Translations under genes and position numbers: made by a program
In this document: in pieces, positions 20,253-30,200 of the stretch
Layout of the letters: every line of letters starts with the position of its first letter
Position numbering within the stretch: the stretch's first letter is position 1
Notes under the pieces: generated by a model
The model's input: the letters and a program-made list of their open reading frames with translations, nothing else
Told to the model about the DNA's origin: nothing
Database searches by the model: none
NCBI GenBank assembly: GCA_001768515.1
Contig: MEOA01000012.1
Location: 9,275 to 73,274 of the forward strand
Origin: Bacteroidetes bacterium GWE2_42_24
GTDB taxonomy: Bacteria > Bacteroidota > Bacteroidia > Bacteroidales > TTA-H9
Direction: 5' to 3'
Length of the DNA: 64,000 nucleotides

Positions 20253-21470
20253 CTAATAATGGATAATATCAGAAGTGGCGGGTTTGGGGTGCTTAAAAAC
20301 CTGTATAGTGTCGGAGGTGTTGAGGCAATTATCGTTCACAATTGTATTAAGGATCAATGTAACAGGATTGAGACTCAACTCTGATTCAGAAAAATGGTAT
20401 TCAACCGAAAGTGTATTTTGATCAGGGATGAAAGAGCCGGAGCCCCCAGTCCATTCACATCCCATGGAACCGGTAATGTTTCCATTTAAAAAAATGACTG
20501 AATCGCTATGGCAAACAAACTGATCAACACCAGCATTGGCAGTAACGGCATCGTAATTGACCCCAACAGTTGTAGAAACCACCGACCCGTTACAGACAGA
20601 TACATCTGAAATTGAACAGGAATGAGTCCCTGCTGTAGCTCGAATTGAAGGTCCAGTTTCACCTGTATTCCACAAATAAACGTAAGGAGGGAATCCACCT
20701 GTCGCGCTGGCTGTCAAAACTGTAGAAACAGAATCAAAGCAAACCGTCGGATTTTGCGGCAAAAGCCCGGTAACCAGAGGGGGGCCAAAATAGAAGCGCA
20801 ATGTATCGGACAGATTGACCGTACAGGATGTTAGTGGTTGCCCACTAATCTGAAAATCAATATAAGGGGGTAACCCATCTACCGGAGTTATTGTAGGAGC
20901 CGAGCAACCGATGGTACAACTGAGAAGCGGGTTGTATATCCCATGTTCTCCCGGATAGATGGAAGTCCATACAATGGATGATTCTTCAAATCCTTCTGCC
21001 TGAATAACGGAAGAACACGATGTAGTAATAAGTACATCTTCTCCTGCATAGGGTCGTGAAAAAGAAGAAAGTCTGTAAATATTTGCATTTGAGCCAGGCT
21101 TGCAGAATATTAAAGAATGTGGCCCTGTTCCTGTCAAACACATTGAATCGCCAATCGGGCTGGTAGTCCCACAATTATTCTGATAAAACAAACTTCCCGT
21201 AGGTTGAGAACCACTGATAATCTCCAAAATCACACCAGCCGCATTGGGGTGTAACGCTACAAGAAACTCTACGCAATTCGCAGAAACTCCATCGCAACAA
21301 TTGCCGCTGCGTGATACTGCAGTGCTCTCCCAAATGCCAGATGCATTGGCACTAAGGTCTACCTCAAAAAACGGCACATCGCTGGTACAATTACTCTGAC
21401 CTGCGACTTGTCCCTTTCCAAAAACAAGACAGCCTGTAAAGACGAGAAGTATGTAAAGCAGCCTTTTCAA
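20253..21470 (-). CDS. Secreted Cys-rich protein with SprB-type repeat, no T9SS CTD
   Basis: Signal peptide MKRLLYILLVFTGCLVFG. It has a Cys-rich N-terminal module (NCTSD..GNCCDGVSANCVEF..FCKPGSN), an SprB-repeat signature (GGFPPYVYLWNTGETG...CSISDVSVC) and one NAG.D..C...GGSGSF repeat. The protein ends HPKPATSDIIHY-stop. Confidence 0.7.
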   Translation of the reverse strand: MKRLLYILLVFTGCLVFGKGQVAGQSNCTSDVPFFEVDLSANASGIWESTAVSRSGNCCDGVSANCVEFLVALHPNAAGVILEIISGSQPTGSLFYQNNCGTTSPIGDSMCLTGTGPHSLIFCKPGSNANIYRLSSFSRPYAGEDVLITTSCSSVIQAEGFEESSIVWTSIYPGEHGIYNPLLSCTIGCSAPTITPVDGLPPYIDFQISGQPLTSCTVNLSDTLRFYFGPPLVTGLLPQNPTVCFDSVSTVLTASATGGFPPYVYLWNTGETGPSIRATAGTHSCSISDVSVCNGSVVSTTVGVNYDAVTANAGVDQFVCHSDSVIFLNGNITGSMGCEWTGGSGSFIPDQNTLSVEYHFSESELSLNPVTLILNTIVNDNCLNTSDTIQVFKHPKPATSDIIHY

Positions 21471-21492
21471 ATTTTCGATTTAGTTTGGCTTA

Positions 21493-21500
21493 CAAAAATA
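21493..21500 (-). promoter_or_regulatory. Candidate Bacteroidota sigma-A -7 box (TATTTTTG = TAnnTTTG) for the 21470 gene
   Basis: Plus-strand CAAAAATA equals minus-strand TATTTTTG, 23 nt upstream of ATG 21470. The nearest upstream TTTG (21529-21526) is 25 nt away, longer than the usual spacing of about 19-21 nt. Confidence 0.3.
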
Positions 21501-21619
21501 CCAAATTATGGAATACTTCATCCAACAAATGGAATATTTTTCATAATAAAACACTATGGTACCTATTGTTACAAACAGGAGAGCGTAAAACGATCGCATC
21601 CCAGAAACAACTCCAATAA

Positions 21620-22303
21620 ATGGAAAACAAACAATACAGTTTATGCTGTATCTTTGTTGCATTGCCGGAGGCATTCGTTTCAAACTGGTCAAGATACCAA
21701 ACCAATGGCAAATCAGGCAATAATAGCACTTCAAAAAACACAAACCTTTCATTGAAAACGATACGATCCGAGCCCTTCCTCGAAGAATTACTACTGCAAG
21801 AGATGTCAAGAGCCAACACCGACCTTGTAGCAGGCATCCTCAGCCGCGATCCCGAACGATTGGCCCAAGCAATAGCAATCGTCATGCGACAGGAAGAACC
21901 CATCTCACGCCGGGCGATGTGGGCCATTGATATCGCCTGTGAAAAAAACCCGGGTCTCATCACACCATATATTAAACTTCTGATTATCAAAATGCCGGAA
22001 TTCAGACACGATGCCTTTCGACGTCATATCCTCAGAATTGCTGCACGGCTCCCTTTTCATGACAGTTATAAAGGAGCTCTCTTAAATGTGTGCTTTGATA
22101 TAATAGCTGACAGTAATAAGGCGATTGCTGTAAAAGCGAACGCGATGCAAATATTAAGCAGGATGGCGATTGAGGAACCCGACATAAGACACGAGCTGAA
22201 GGAGACAATCAGGTACCAGATGGAAGAAGCAACACCTGGTTTCAGGAGTCAGGCCCGTAAAGTTCTAAACAAAGTTAAAGAACTAGACACTAACACATTA
22301 TGA
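21620..22303 (+). CDS. Hypothetical helical-repeat (HEAT/armadillo-like) protein; start uncertain
   Basis: A 227-aa ORF. The C-terminal ~170 aa are regular helix-repeat-like (..RRAMWAIDIACEKNPGLITPYIKLLI.., ..AIAVKANAMQILSRMA..). The first ~55 aa look non-protein-like, so the real start may be internal. Confidence 0.5.
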   Translation: MENKQYSLCCIFVALPEAFVSNWSRYQTNGKSGNNSTSKNTNLSLKTIRSEPFLEELLLQEMSRANTDLVAGILSRDPERLAQAIAIVMRQEEPISRRAMWAIDIACEKNPGLITPYIKLLIIKMPEFRHDAFRRHILRIAARLPFHDSYKGALLNVCFDIIADSNKAIAVKANAMQILSRMAIEEPDIRHELKETIRYQMEEATPGFRSQARKVLNKVKELDTNTL

Positions 22304-22364
22304 ACAAGTATGCAATATTTCTACTTAATAACAGTTATTATGGATCCAAACCATTTAAGTTTAA

Positions 22365-22372
22365 TACTTTTG
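22365..22372 (+). promoter_or_regulatory. Candidate -7 box TACTTTTG (TAnnTTTG) upstream of the lipoprotein gene
   Basis: An exact match to TAnnTTTG, 69 nt upstream of ATG 22441. I did not see a clean TTTG -33 box at the usual spacing. Confidence 0.25.
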
Positions 22373-22440
22373 ATGTGTTTTGGTAAAACTGTTTTATTCT
22401 AAAAAACCCTTGTTAACCAACAAATTAAACTGATGTTCTT

Positions 22441-23301
22441 ATGAAAAAAATGCTGTGGCTTATAGCGGGTATCGCGATGTTTTTCGCATGTAATACCCAA
22501 CAAAAAGAGATTGACGGACTGGCTGCCAAATCCGACAGCCTGGCTGCCGTCAATATTCAACAGGGCGAATCGATCATAGGCTTTGTGGCCTCATTCAATG
22601 AGATTCAGGGAACCCTGGACTCCATCAAACAGATGGAAAAGATCATCACCCTCAATGCAGGGAAGCCTGGTAGCGAGGTTGAGCAGGATGCCAAAGACAA
22701 AATCAATCAGGATATTTATGCTATTCATACAATGCTTCGGCGTAACCGCGAAATGGTAGCAAACCTTAAGGCTCGGTTAAAAAAGTCAGATGGAAAAATT
22801 GTCGAACTTGAGAAAATGATTGATTTCATGACGCGTCAGATTGAAGAGAAAGACGGAGAAATCGTTCAGTTAAAAGATCAACTGGCTCAGATGAATATCA
22901 AGGTTGTGGAACTCTCAGGTAAGGTAGATAACCTGGCGACTGAAAGTCAAGTTAAATCACAGGTCATTGACGAGAAAACCATTGCCCTTAATACGGCCTA
23001 TTATGCCATCGGAACTAAAAAGGAATTAATTGATAATAAAGTGATTACTCGTGCAGGCGGGTTTATAGGTATCGGAAAATCATCTTCGATGGCAAAAGAC
23101 TTCAATACCGAATATTTCACGAAAATTGATATCCGTAACCTGAAATTTATCGCGCTAAACGTCAAGAAAGCCACTGTTGTGTCAACTCACCCGGCTGGCA
23201 GCTTCAACATCACCGGTGTAAAGAGGGCCGACACATTGTTTATCTCAGATTTCAATAGATTCTGGAGTGCATCGAAATACCTGGTGATTCAGGTTGAATA
23301 G
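22441..23301 (+). CDS. Coiled-coil lipoprotein, function unknown
   Basis: Has a lipobox-like signal (MKKMLWLIAGIAMFFAC), about 130 aa of heptad-like coiled coil, and a C-terminal globular part. Confidence 0.7.
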   Translation: MKKMLWLIAGIAMFFACNTQQKEIDGLAAKSDSLAAVNIQQGESIIGFVASFNEIQGTLDSIKQMEKIITLNAGKPGSEVEQDAKDKINQDIYAIHTMLRRNREMVANLKARLKKSDGKIVELEKMIDFMTRQIEEKDGEIVQLKDQLAQMNIKVVELSGKVDNLATESQVKSQVIDEKTIALNTAYYAIGTKKELIDNKVITRAGGFIGIGKSSSMAKDFNTEYFTKIDIRNLKFIALNVKKATVVSTHPAGSFNITGVKRADTLFISDFNRFWSASKYLVIQVE

Positions 23302-23323
23302 GTTATAAAACTAAGACAAACAG

Positions 23324-23348
23324 AGCTCCTCATTCGGGGAGCTTTTTT
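23324..23348 (+). terminator. Rho-independent terminator after the lipoprotein gene
   Basis: AGCTCCTC-attc-GGGGAGCT forms 8 bp including one G-U pair. It is followed by TTTTTT. Confidence 0.65.
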
Positions 23349-23349
23349 A

Positions 23350-25254
23350 TTACTTACCGGTTCGATTTCTGTTCTTTCGAAATCCAGGAACAGGATCAGT
23401 AATCGACGACTTTTTCCCAAAGAGATTTTGTTCCAGATATCCATCCTTGAAACGTAACAAGGCTTTTCTGATAAAATCATGGTTCTCTTCCTGATACCAA
23501 AAGAAAAATCTTCGTTGGGCCAGTTTATCATCAGAATTGACTGCTGTATACACCGGATTCAGGGTATAGGGATTCAGTCCTGTATAATACATCTCTGTGG
23601 CAAGTGTCAGCGGTGTAGGTGTAAAATCCTGCACCTGCTCAAGCCTGTAGCCCAATTTTTTGGTCTCGATAGCAAGGTTTGCCATATCAATCAATTCACA
23701 ACCAGGGTGCGATGAAATAAAATAGGGGATGACCTGCTGGTGAAGTCCATACTTTCTGGCTATTGAATCGGCCTTGTGCTTAAACTCAACAAAGAGCCTG
23801 AAAGAGGGTTTGCGCATCAGTTTCAATACATTATCGGATGTGTGTTCGGGGGCAACCTTCAACCTTCCTGAAACATGCCTTGAAACCACCCGCTCAATAT
23901 AAGCGTTGACCTTATTTTTTCGCTGCCGGTCAGGTTTTTGAGCTAACAGCAAATCATACCTGATGCCACTGCCGATAAAAATCTTTTTAACCCCTGGAAT
24001 ATGTTCCGACTTATCGTAAAGAGATAACAACGGGCCGTGGTTGGCATTAAGGTTCGCACAAATAGCCGGGAAAATACAACTTGGTCTGCGACACTTCTTA
24101 CACAATTCCATCTCTATTCCACTCATTTGGTACATGTTGGCCGATGGGCCGCCAAGGTCGGTAATCACACCATCGAAGCCGGGAACTTTCGTAACAGCGT
24201 CTATTTCTTTCAGGATAGATTTCTCAGATCGACTGCTGACAAACTTCCCCTGGTGCGCCGAAATGGTACAAAAAGCACAACCACCGAAGCACCCCCTGTG
24301 AATGTTCACAGAATTGCGGATCATGTTCCAGGCAGGAATCTCGCCGCGCTTTTTATATCTGGGATGTGGCATGCGTGTATAGGGAAGATCAAACGAAGCA
24401 TCTATTTCGCTGGTAGTCATAGGAAGATAAGGAGGATTAACAACCAGCAGAGAATCCCCTATCTGTTGCAGCAACCGGCTTGAGGCCCACCGATTGGATT
24501 CTTCTTCGATGATTCTGAAGTTCCGGGCATGAGCTCTTTTATCATGTAACGCCACATCATAAGGTGCCAGTTCAACATCAGTCCACCCTTTTTCTGTTTT
24601 GTAGCTAGCCCTGTCGGCATGCAGGAAAGCCGTCTGAGGGACATTGAGCATATTATTGAAGGGAACACCCTTTCTTAACAGTCTGACGATTTCATGCAAT
24701 GGCTTTTCACCCATACCATACACCAGCATATCGGCCCCACTATCGCACAGGATGGGCTTCATCAGGCTGTCGGACCAGTAATCATAATGGGTAAACCGTC
24801 GAAGTGAGGCCTCTATACCACCCAATAGAACCGGAACCCCGGGAAACAATTGCTTCAGAATTGAAGTATAAACTGTTGAAGCATAATCTGGACGAAATCC
24901 AGCCTGCCCTCCCGGTGTGTAGGCATCATCGGAGCGGCGGCGTTTGGCTGCTGTGTAATGATTGATCATGCTATCCATACAGCCGGCAGAAATTCCAAAG
25001 AACAACCGGGGACGCCCCAGCTTTTTAAAATCCCGTAGATCATCACGCCAATTCGGTTGCGGGAGAATGGCCACACGAAGCCCCAGCTTCTCAAGCACCC
25101 TGCCGATCACGGCATGCCCAAAAGACGGATGATCAACATAAGCATCACCCGATACGATGATAACATCGGCTTCATCCCAACCAAGGCGACCCATTTCCTC
25201 ACGGGTTGTAGGCAACCATGCGGTGATAGGTAATTGTGGCGTCAATTCTTTCAT
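23350..25254 (-). CDS. ygiQ: YgiQ-family radical SAM protein (UPF0313)
   Basis: The preferred start, ATG 25254, gives MKELTPQLPITAWLPTTREEM... The N-terminus is YgiQ-type (VIIVSGDAYVDHPSFG) and the radical SAM motif is CFGGCAFC (Cx3Cx2C). Confidence 0.9.
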   Translation of the reverse strand: MKELTPQLPITAWLPTTREEMGRLGWDEADVIIVSGDAYVDHPSFGHAVIGRVLEKLGLRVAILPQPNWRDDLRDFKKLGRPRLFFGISAGCMDSMINHYTAAKRRRSDDAYTPGGQAGFRPDYASTVYTSILKQLFPGVPVLLGGIEASLRRFTHYDYWSDSLMKPILCDSGADMLVYGMGEKPLHEIVRLLRKGVPFNNMLNVPQTAFLHADRASYKTEKGWTDVELAPYDVALHDKRAHARNFRIIEEESNRWASSRLLQQIGDSLLVVNPPYLPMTTSEIDASFDLPYTRMPHPRYKKRGEIPAWNMIRNSVNIHRGCFGGCAFCTISAHQGKFVSSRSEKSILKEIDAVTKVPGFDGVITDLGGPSANMYQMSGIEMELCKKCRRPSCIFPAICANLNANHGPLLSLYDKSEHIPGVKKIFIGSGIRYDLLLAQKPDRQRKNKVNAYIERVVSRHVSGRLKVAPEHTSDNVLKLMRKPSFRLFVEFKHKADSIARKYGLHQQVIPYFISSHPGCELIDMANLAIETKKLGYRLEQVQDFTPTPLTLATEMYYTGLNPYTLNPVYTAVNSDDKLAQRRFFFWYQEENHDFIRKALLRFKDGYLEQNLFGKKSSITDPVPGFRKNRNRTGK

Positions 25255-25330
25255 TGGACGGCAAAGATAGCCAAATACCACCTACACAGCTTCACGGGAA
25301 ATCAATTGTATTGACTACATCCTTCAAGGC

Positions 25331-25372
25331 AGAAAGAAAACGGCAGCCTTCCTTAAACAGGAAGTACTGCCG
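25331..25372 (-). terminator. Candidate Rho-independent terminator of the RND operon
   Basis: A composite hairpin: CGGCAG(25341-46)/CTGCCG(25367-72) with inner CTTCCT/AGGAAG. On the minus strand it is followed by TTTTCTTTCT. It lies about 200 nt past the last ORF of the operon. Confidence 0.45.
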
Positions 25373-25574
25373 CACATCAACTCACATGCATAAGAAATAT
25401 ATTCCTCATAGACAATTTGAAGAATACTATCATAAGTCTCTTTAGGAGATTTATTCTTAAACGATTAAACCATACATTGGGGAAAAACCATAACTTCAGG
25501 TCACACACACCATACAACCTAATAGTCAACCTGTTTTCAAATAGCCTGCTTCAATCACTACCCTGCCATATCAT

Positions 25575-25919
25575 CTAGAGACTTGATCTTTCAGTAATTT
25601 CCTTCAGCGAAGTAAGTGCAGATTCAAGGTTACTTAGCATGGTCAACTGCCTCCTTGAAGGTTTCTGAGTGGATTTCCATTCATGGACGATACGAAGCAT
25701 GGCGTCTACCTGTAAGAGGATTCTATCGAGCACCGGACTCCGTTGGTTCGAGTCCTTGAAACTTAGCCAAAGACTAATATTCAACAATAAGTCACGATAA
25801 GCTTTCTTCAGACTGACGGCAAGATTCTGATTCACCATTGGCAAGACGTCAATCCAATGAAGCAATTCAGACAATTTGCCATAGATTAATTCTATTTCGA
25901 TCGTTTCCTGGGTTTTCAT
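25575..25919 (-). CDS. Small all-helical hypothetical protein at the 3' end of the RND operon
   Basis: ATG 25919 lies 1 nt after the TolC stop (TAG 25923-25921); in-frame upstream ATGs would overlap the end of the TolC gene. It is about 114 aa and helix-rich. No family recognised. Confidence 0.5.
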   Translation of the reverse strand: MKTQETIEIELIYGKLSELLHWIDVLPMVNQNLAVSLKKAYRDLLLNISLWLSFKDSNQRSPVLDRILLQVDAMLRIVHEWKSTQKPSRRQLTMLSNLESALTSLKEITERSSL

Positions 25920-25920
25920 G

Positions 25921-27285
25921 CTATTCATGTTTAGGGTTGGCAATTATATCCGAGAGGCTTTTATAGGTGGCCAGTTCAATCAGGTAATTATAACCTGATC
26001 CGGCCATTTGTTGGGCACCCTGTTGCCATAAAGCTTGCGCCTCAAGCAGGTCTGAAACACCTACCATGCCAGCTTTATGGTTATCGGCCACCACCTTAAG
26101 ATGTTCTGTGGCTTCCGTCATGGCAGCATCAGCAAGCTTTATCCGCTTCCATGCTTCCCTGAGTTTATTAAATGCAACTTGTTGCTGCATTACCAGTTTC
26201 TGACTGTTATCGGCCAGCATACTCTTCGCCTTTTCAACGTCAAGGGATTTTTGCCTAATCTGATGCGAACCTCCCCACCAATCGCTGATAGGTATGGAAA
26301 CCGAAGCGAAGGCCAGCGCATTGGTCTGGCTGTTGTCCATCACATCATACCAGAATCCCGTGGCTCCAACTGCGATAGCAGGCAGGTTCTTACCCACTGC
26401 TATCTTTTTCTGAAGGGAAGCAGCATCAATGGCCTTGGACAACATGATGTATTCAGGGCGTACCTTTAATGATGAATCAGGATCAATATAATAGTTTTCA
26501 GGAGGCAAAACCAAACCTACACTATCAACAGTTATTATTCCTGCTGACCATTCCATACCGGTCTGCTGGCAAAGGGCCCGTTGAACCGATTCTATTCCGT
26601 TTTCGAGGGCCAATGAATTGACCTCAACTTCATTTAACTTCAAATCCACCTTTAACAAATCGCTTTTTTCAACGAGCCCGTTCTCGTAAGCTACAGCAAC
26701 ATCTTTCCTCAGCGAAATGAGAAGTTCATGATAAGAACTGACTGTTTTTCGTTGGGCTATCAAACCTGCAAGCGTCCAGTAGTATTTCTCGGTTATTAAG
26801 AGCTGATCCCGCGTATCGGCATTCTTCCTTTCAGCAACAATTTCAGAGCCAACACGTGCGAGGCGATTACCATTGTATATCTGCCCTCCCGCGAACACCG
26901 GTTGCGTAACCACTACAGATGCCGTGTTCATATAATCGAGCAGATTCAATGAAGCACCCGGAAAATAGGCGAATTGCGTCGGATTCAGAAGATTGGCGGG
27001 ATTCCCATCGTAAACAGGAAGGTTCATCTCGGGAATACTACCCTTTACTAAATAATCATTTGCCTTCATGGCCAAACCAGTGGCACTAACATTAGGAAAA
27101 TAGTGTGTGAAGGCCTCCTTTTGAGTCTGCTCAGCCTTTTGAACTTCCAATCCCGATTGTTTGATCGATTCGTTATTGCGAAGTGTAAGCTGAATGCATT
27201 CATCCAGCGTAAAACTTTGTCCATGCAAAGCTGCCGAAGTCACCAGGAAGAAGGCAGCGATGGATATATATTTTAGTCTGTTCAT
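25921..27285 (-). CDS. TolC-family outer membrane efflux protein
   Basis: 454 aa with a signal peptide (MNRLKYISIAAFFLVTSAALHGQ). It has the two-repeat OEP pattern and is the third gene of an MFP-RND-OMF operon. Confidence 0.9.
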   Translation of the reverse strand: MNRLKYISIAAFFLVTSAALHGQSFTLDECIQLTLRNNESIKQSGLEVQKAEQTQKEAFTHYFPNVSATGLAMKANDYLVKGSIPEMNLPVYDGNPANLLNPTQFAYFPGASLNLLDYMNTASVVVTQPVFAGGQIYNGNRLARVGSEIVAERKNADTRDQLLITEKYYWTLAGLIAQRKTVSSYHELLISLRKDVAVAYENGLVEKSDLLKVDLKLNEVEVNSLALENGIESVQRALCQQTGMEWSAGIITVDSVGLVLPPENYYIDPDSSLKVRPEYIMLSKAIDAASLQKKIAVGKNLPAIAVGATGFWYDVMDNSQTNALAFASVSIPISDWWGGSHQIRQKSLDVEKAKSMLADNSQKLVMQQQVAFNKLREAWKRIKLADAAMTEATEHLKVVADNHKAGMVGVSDLLEAQALWQQGAQQMAGSGYNYLIELATYKSLSDIIANPKHE

Positions 27286-27296
27286 TTTTCAAAGAT

Positions 27297-30200
27297 TTAT
27301 TCAGGAATAACTGACTGTTTGACATCGGAAAAAACCATGGCATAGAGCACCGGCATGATAACCAGTGTTAACACCATAGCGACTGAAAGCCCAAAACAAA
27401 TGACCGTTCCCAGCGGCCCCCAAAGCAATGATTTACTCAATATCATGGGGATCACGCCTACAGCAGCAGCGGCCGAAGTAAGGAATATCGGGCGCATACG
27501 GCGCTTTCCTGCAGCAATGGCGGCATCGCGCATGCTCATTCCCTGTTCGTTGCTCAGCTCCTCGATATAATCAACCAGAATAATTCCATTTCTTACCACC
27601 ATGCCACACAAGCCCATGATCCCTATAAATGCTGTAAGACCGAATGGATAGCCCGCGATCCATAATCCAAGCGCAGCACCTGGGAAGGCAAGCAGCATCC
27701 CCGACATGATGATGATTGTCTTATTGACCTTATGGAATTGAAATAACAAAATGAAAAAAATAATAAGTATACTGATAACCAAAGAATAAACCATCGGGGT
27801 AAAGGTTTCTACAGCACCTTCAGTGTCACCACCGTATTCCATTGACACCCCTGCAGGTAATTCCAATTTATCGAGACTGGGTTGTACTGCATTTAGAAGG
27901 GTAGATGGAACCACACCACGGGCAACATCAGTTGAAAGCGTTATGGTTCGCTTTCCGTTTCGCCTCACGATGGTGCTCTCCTGATAATCGGGATTGAGCG
28001 TAGCAATTGTACGAAGCGGCACAGGTTGCATGGTGAGCGGCGGGGTAATGTATTGATTACCCAAATCACTCACTTCATCGGATGATGGTGTGTAGAGCAC
28101 CACATCAACAGGATAGTCCCCTTCCCATATTGTAGTCAGGGGCAATCCTTCAGTGGTTGTAAGCATTGAGCTGCCCAGGATAGCGCGTGTTAATCCCAGA
28201 CGGCCTGTTTGATCGGCCATTGCTTCTATCTGAATTCCTGCCAGAGGATCACCCCAGTCATCACGTATCCAAATGAAATCCTTCTGAGTCCTCAGAACTT
28301 CTTCAGCTTTCTCACAAGCAGCCTTTAAAGCAGCAATAGAATCACCGCTAAAGCGGATTTCGATAGGACTGGTGGTCATGGTGAGTTCCAATTGTTTAAA
28401 TTTTACATGAGCCCCTGCAAAATAATCGGTATATCGGTCGGAGTATTCATTAAGCAAGTCGTCGGTAGCCTCGTTTGAGGTGGTATTCACAATAATTTGT
28501 CCATAATTGGATGCCGGAGCTTTTGGGGCATATGCCATATGAAAACGTGGGGACCCTGACCCAAGAAAACTCGTAACATGCACTACCCGGGTATCCGCCA
28601 TGAGAATTCTTTCCAGCGAGTCAATAATTTTATCGGTCTGATGTATTGAAGCCCCCGTCGGCAGAGAAACCTCCACGGCGAACTGGTTTCGCTCAAGCGT
28701 CGGGAACAATTGCTGGGGAATGATTGAGAAAATCACAAATCCGGCTAATACCACAACCCCACCAACTCCCATTGTAATCCACCTGTTTCTGAAAGCACTG
28801 TCGAGCAACTTGTCGTACCATCCCTGAAACAGTGTCAAAAAATCGAACCTTCGTTTAGCTGACTGTTCCGATTTCAGTCCTTTCCGGATAAGAAAATAAT
28901 TGATAGTCGGTACCAGCAATATTGCAACCAGCATCGATATCGAAAGGGTAATGGCGATGGTAATGGGGAATGAGCCAATGAAATCACCCGCAGTTCCGGT
29001 CAGGAGGTACATCATGGGGAAGAATGCTACATTGATGGCCATGGTAGCAGTCAGCACCGGTACAAAAAGATGATGAGCACTCATCCAGGCAGCCTTCCAG
29101 GGAGATAATCCATGGTCCAGTTTTTCAACATGGTCATCAATTACCACGATACTGTTATCTACCACCATCCCAAGCACAATTATCAGGGCTGCCAGAGATA
29201 CGGTATGCAATTCAACACCCATAAGGAACAGCAACCCGATCCCCATAAGAATGGAAATAGGAATTGTAATGGCTGCCACCATCGCTACCCTGAATGGTAA
29301 CAGCAACATGGTAACCAGGATAACAGCAATCACTGCCATCAGAAATTCCCTCATAAAGTTTGAAATGGAATCATCAACCACCTGTGGAAGGTTGTTGATG
29401 ACCTGCAGGTGCACAGAACCTTCATTTTCAGCCTGAAAATGGTCCAACACTTCGTTCACCTGTTTACCAAAATCCACAATGTTATTTCCCGGTTGCATCT
29501 CAAGCGAAAGCAATACAGCACTCCGGCCATCTGAACGGATATACTCCGAGGGATCATCATAACCACGCTCAATGGTGGCTACATCCTTCAGTCTTATTAC
29601 ATTTCCATCGGGGTCGGCATATACCATCTGGTTACCAAGATCTGCCTCAGCACTTATACGGGCAGGTACATGAAGTGGCATTTTCTGTACACCGTTATCA
29701 AAATCACCTGCATAGCCGTTCATCCCGTTTGTCTGAAGGGTGGCCATCACCATCAGGGGCTTTACATTATATTGGTTAATACGTGCAGGATCAACTGTTA
29801 CAAAAATTTTCTCCTTCTGGAGTCCCGAGTGTTTTACCTTTCCCACAGCAGGGATCTTTCTGATCTCAGCTTCAAGCCTTGTAAGCATTTGCTCCAGTTC
29901 CTTGTTACTCCTGGTATCAGAGGTAAGGGTAATGAGCAGCGCCGAGGTATCCCCGAAATCGCTGTTTGTCATCAGGGCTGCTACACCAGTCGGCAGGCTC
30001 ATCTTTAATGTGTTGAGACCATTATTGAGTTTCGACCAGAACTGGTCAGCATTCACTACATCATCCTCCAGTTCCACATAAATAATCATCATGCCCTCTC
30101 TTGAGTGCGAATAGGTTTTTGCTTTTTTAACTTCCTTAAACCCGAAGAGGTAATTCTCTACTTTGGTAGTAAGTTGCTCTTCTACCTCCTGCGATGTGGC

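Noticed and set aside
25735-25760. GGTTCGAGTCC, a tRNA T-loop-like sequence.
   Set aside because: The flanking bases do not form a T-stem or an acceptor stem, and it lies inside the small ORF of the RND operon.
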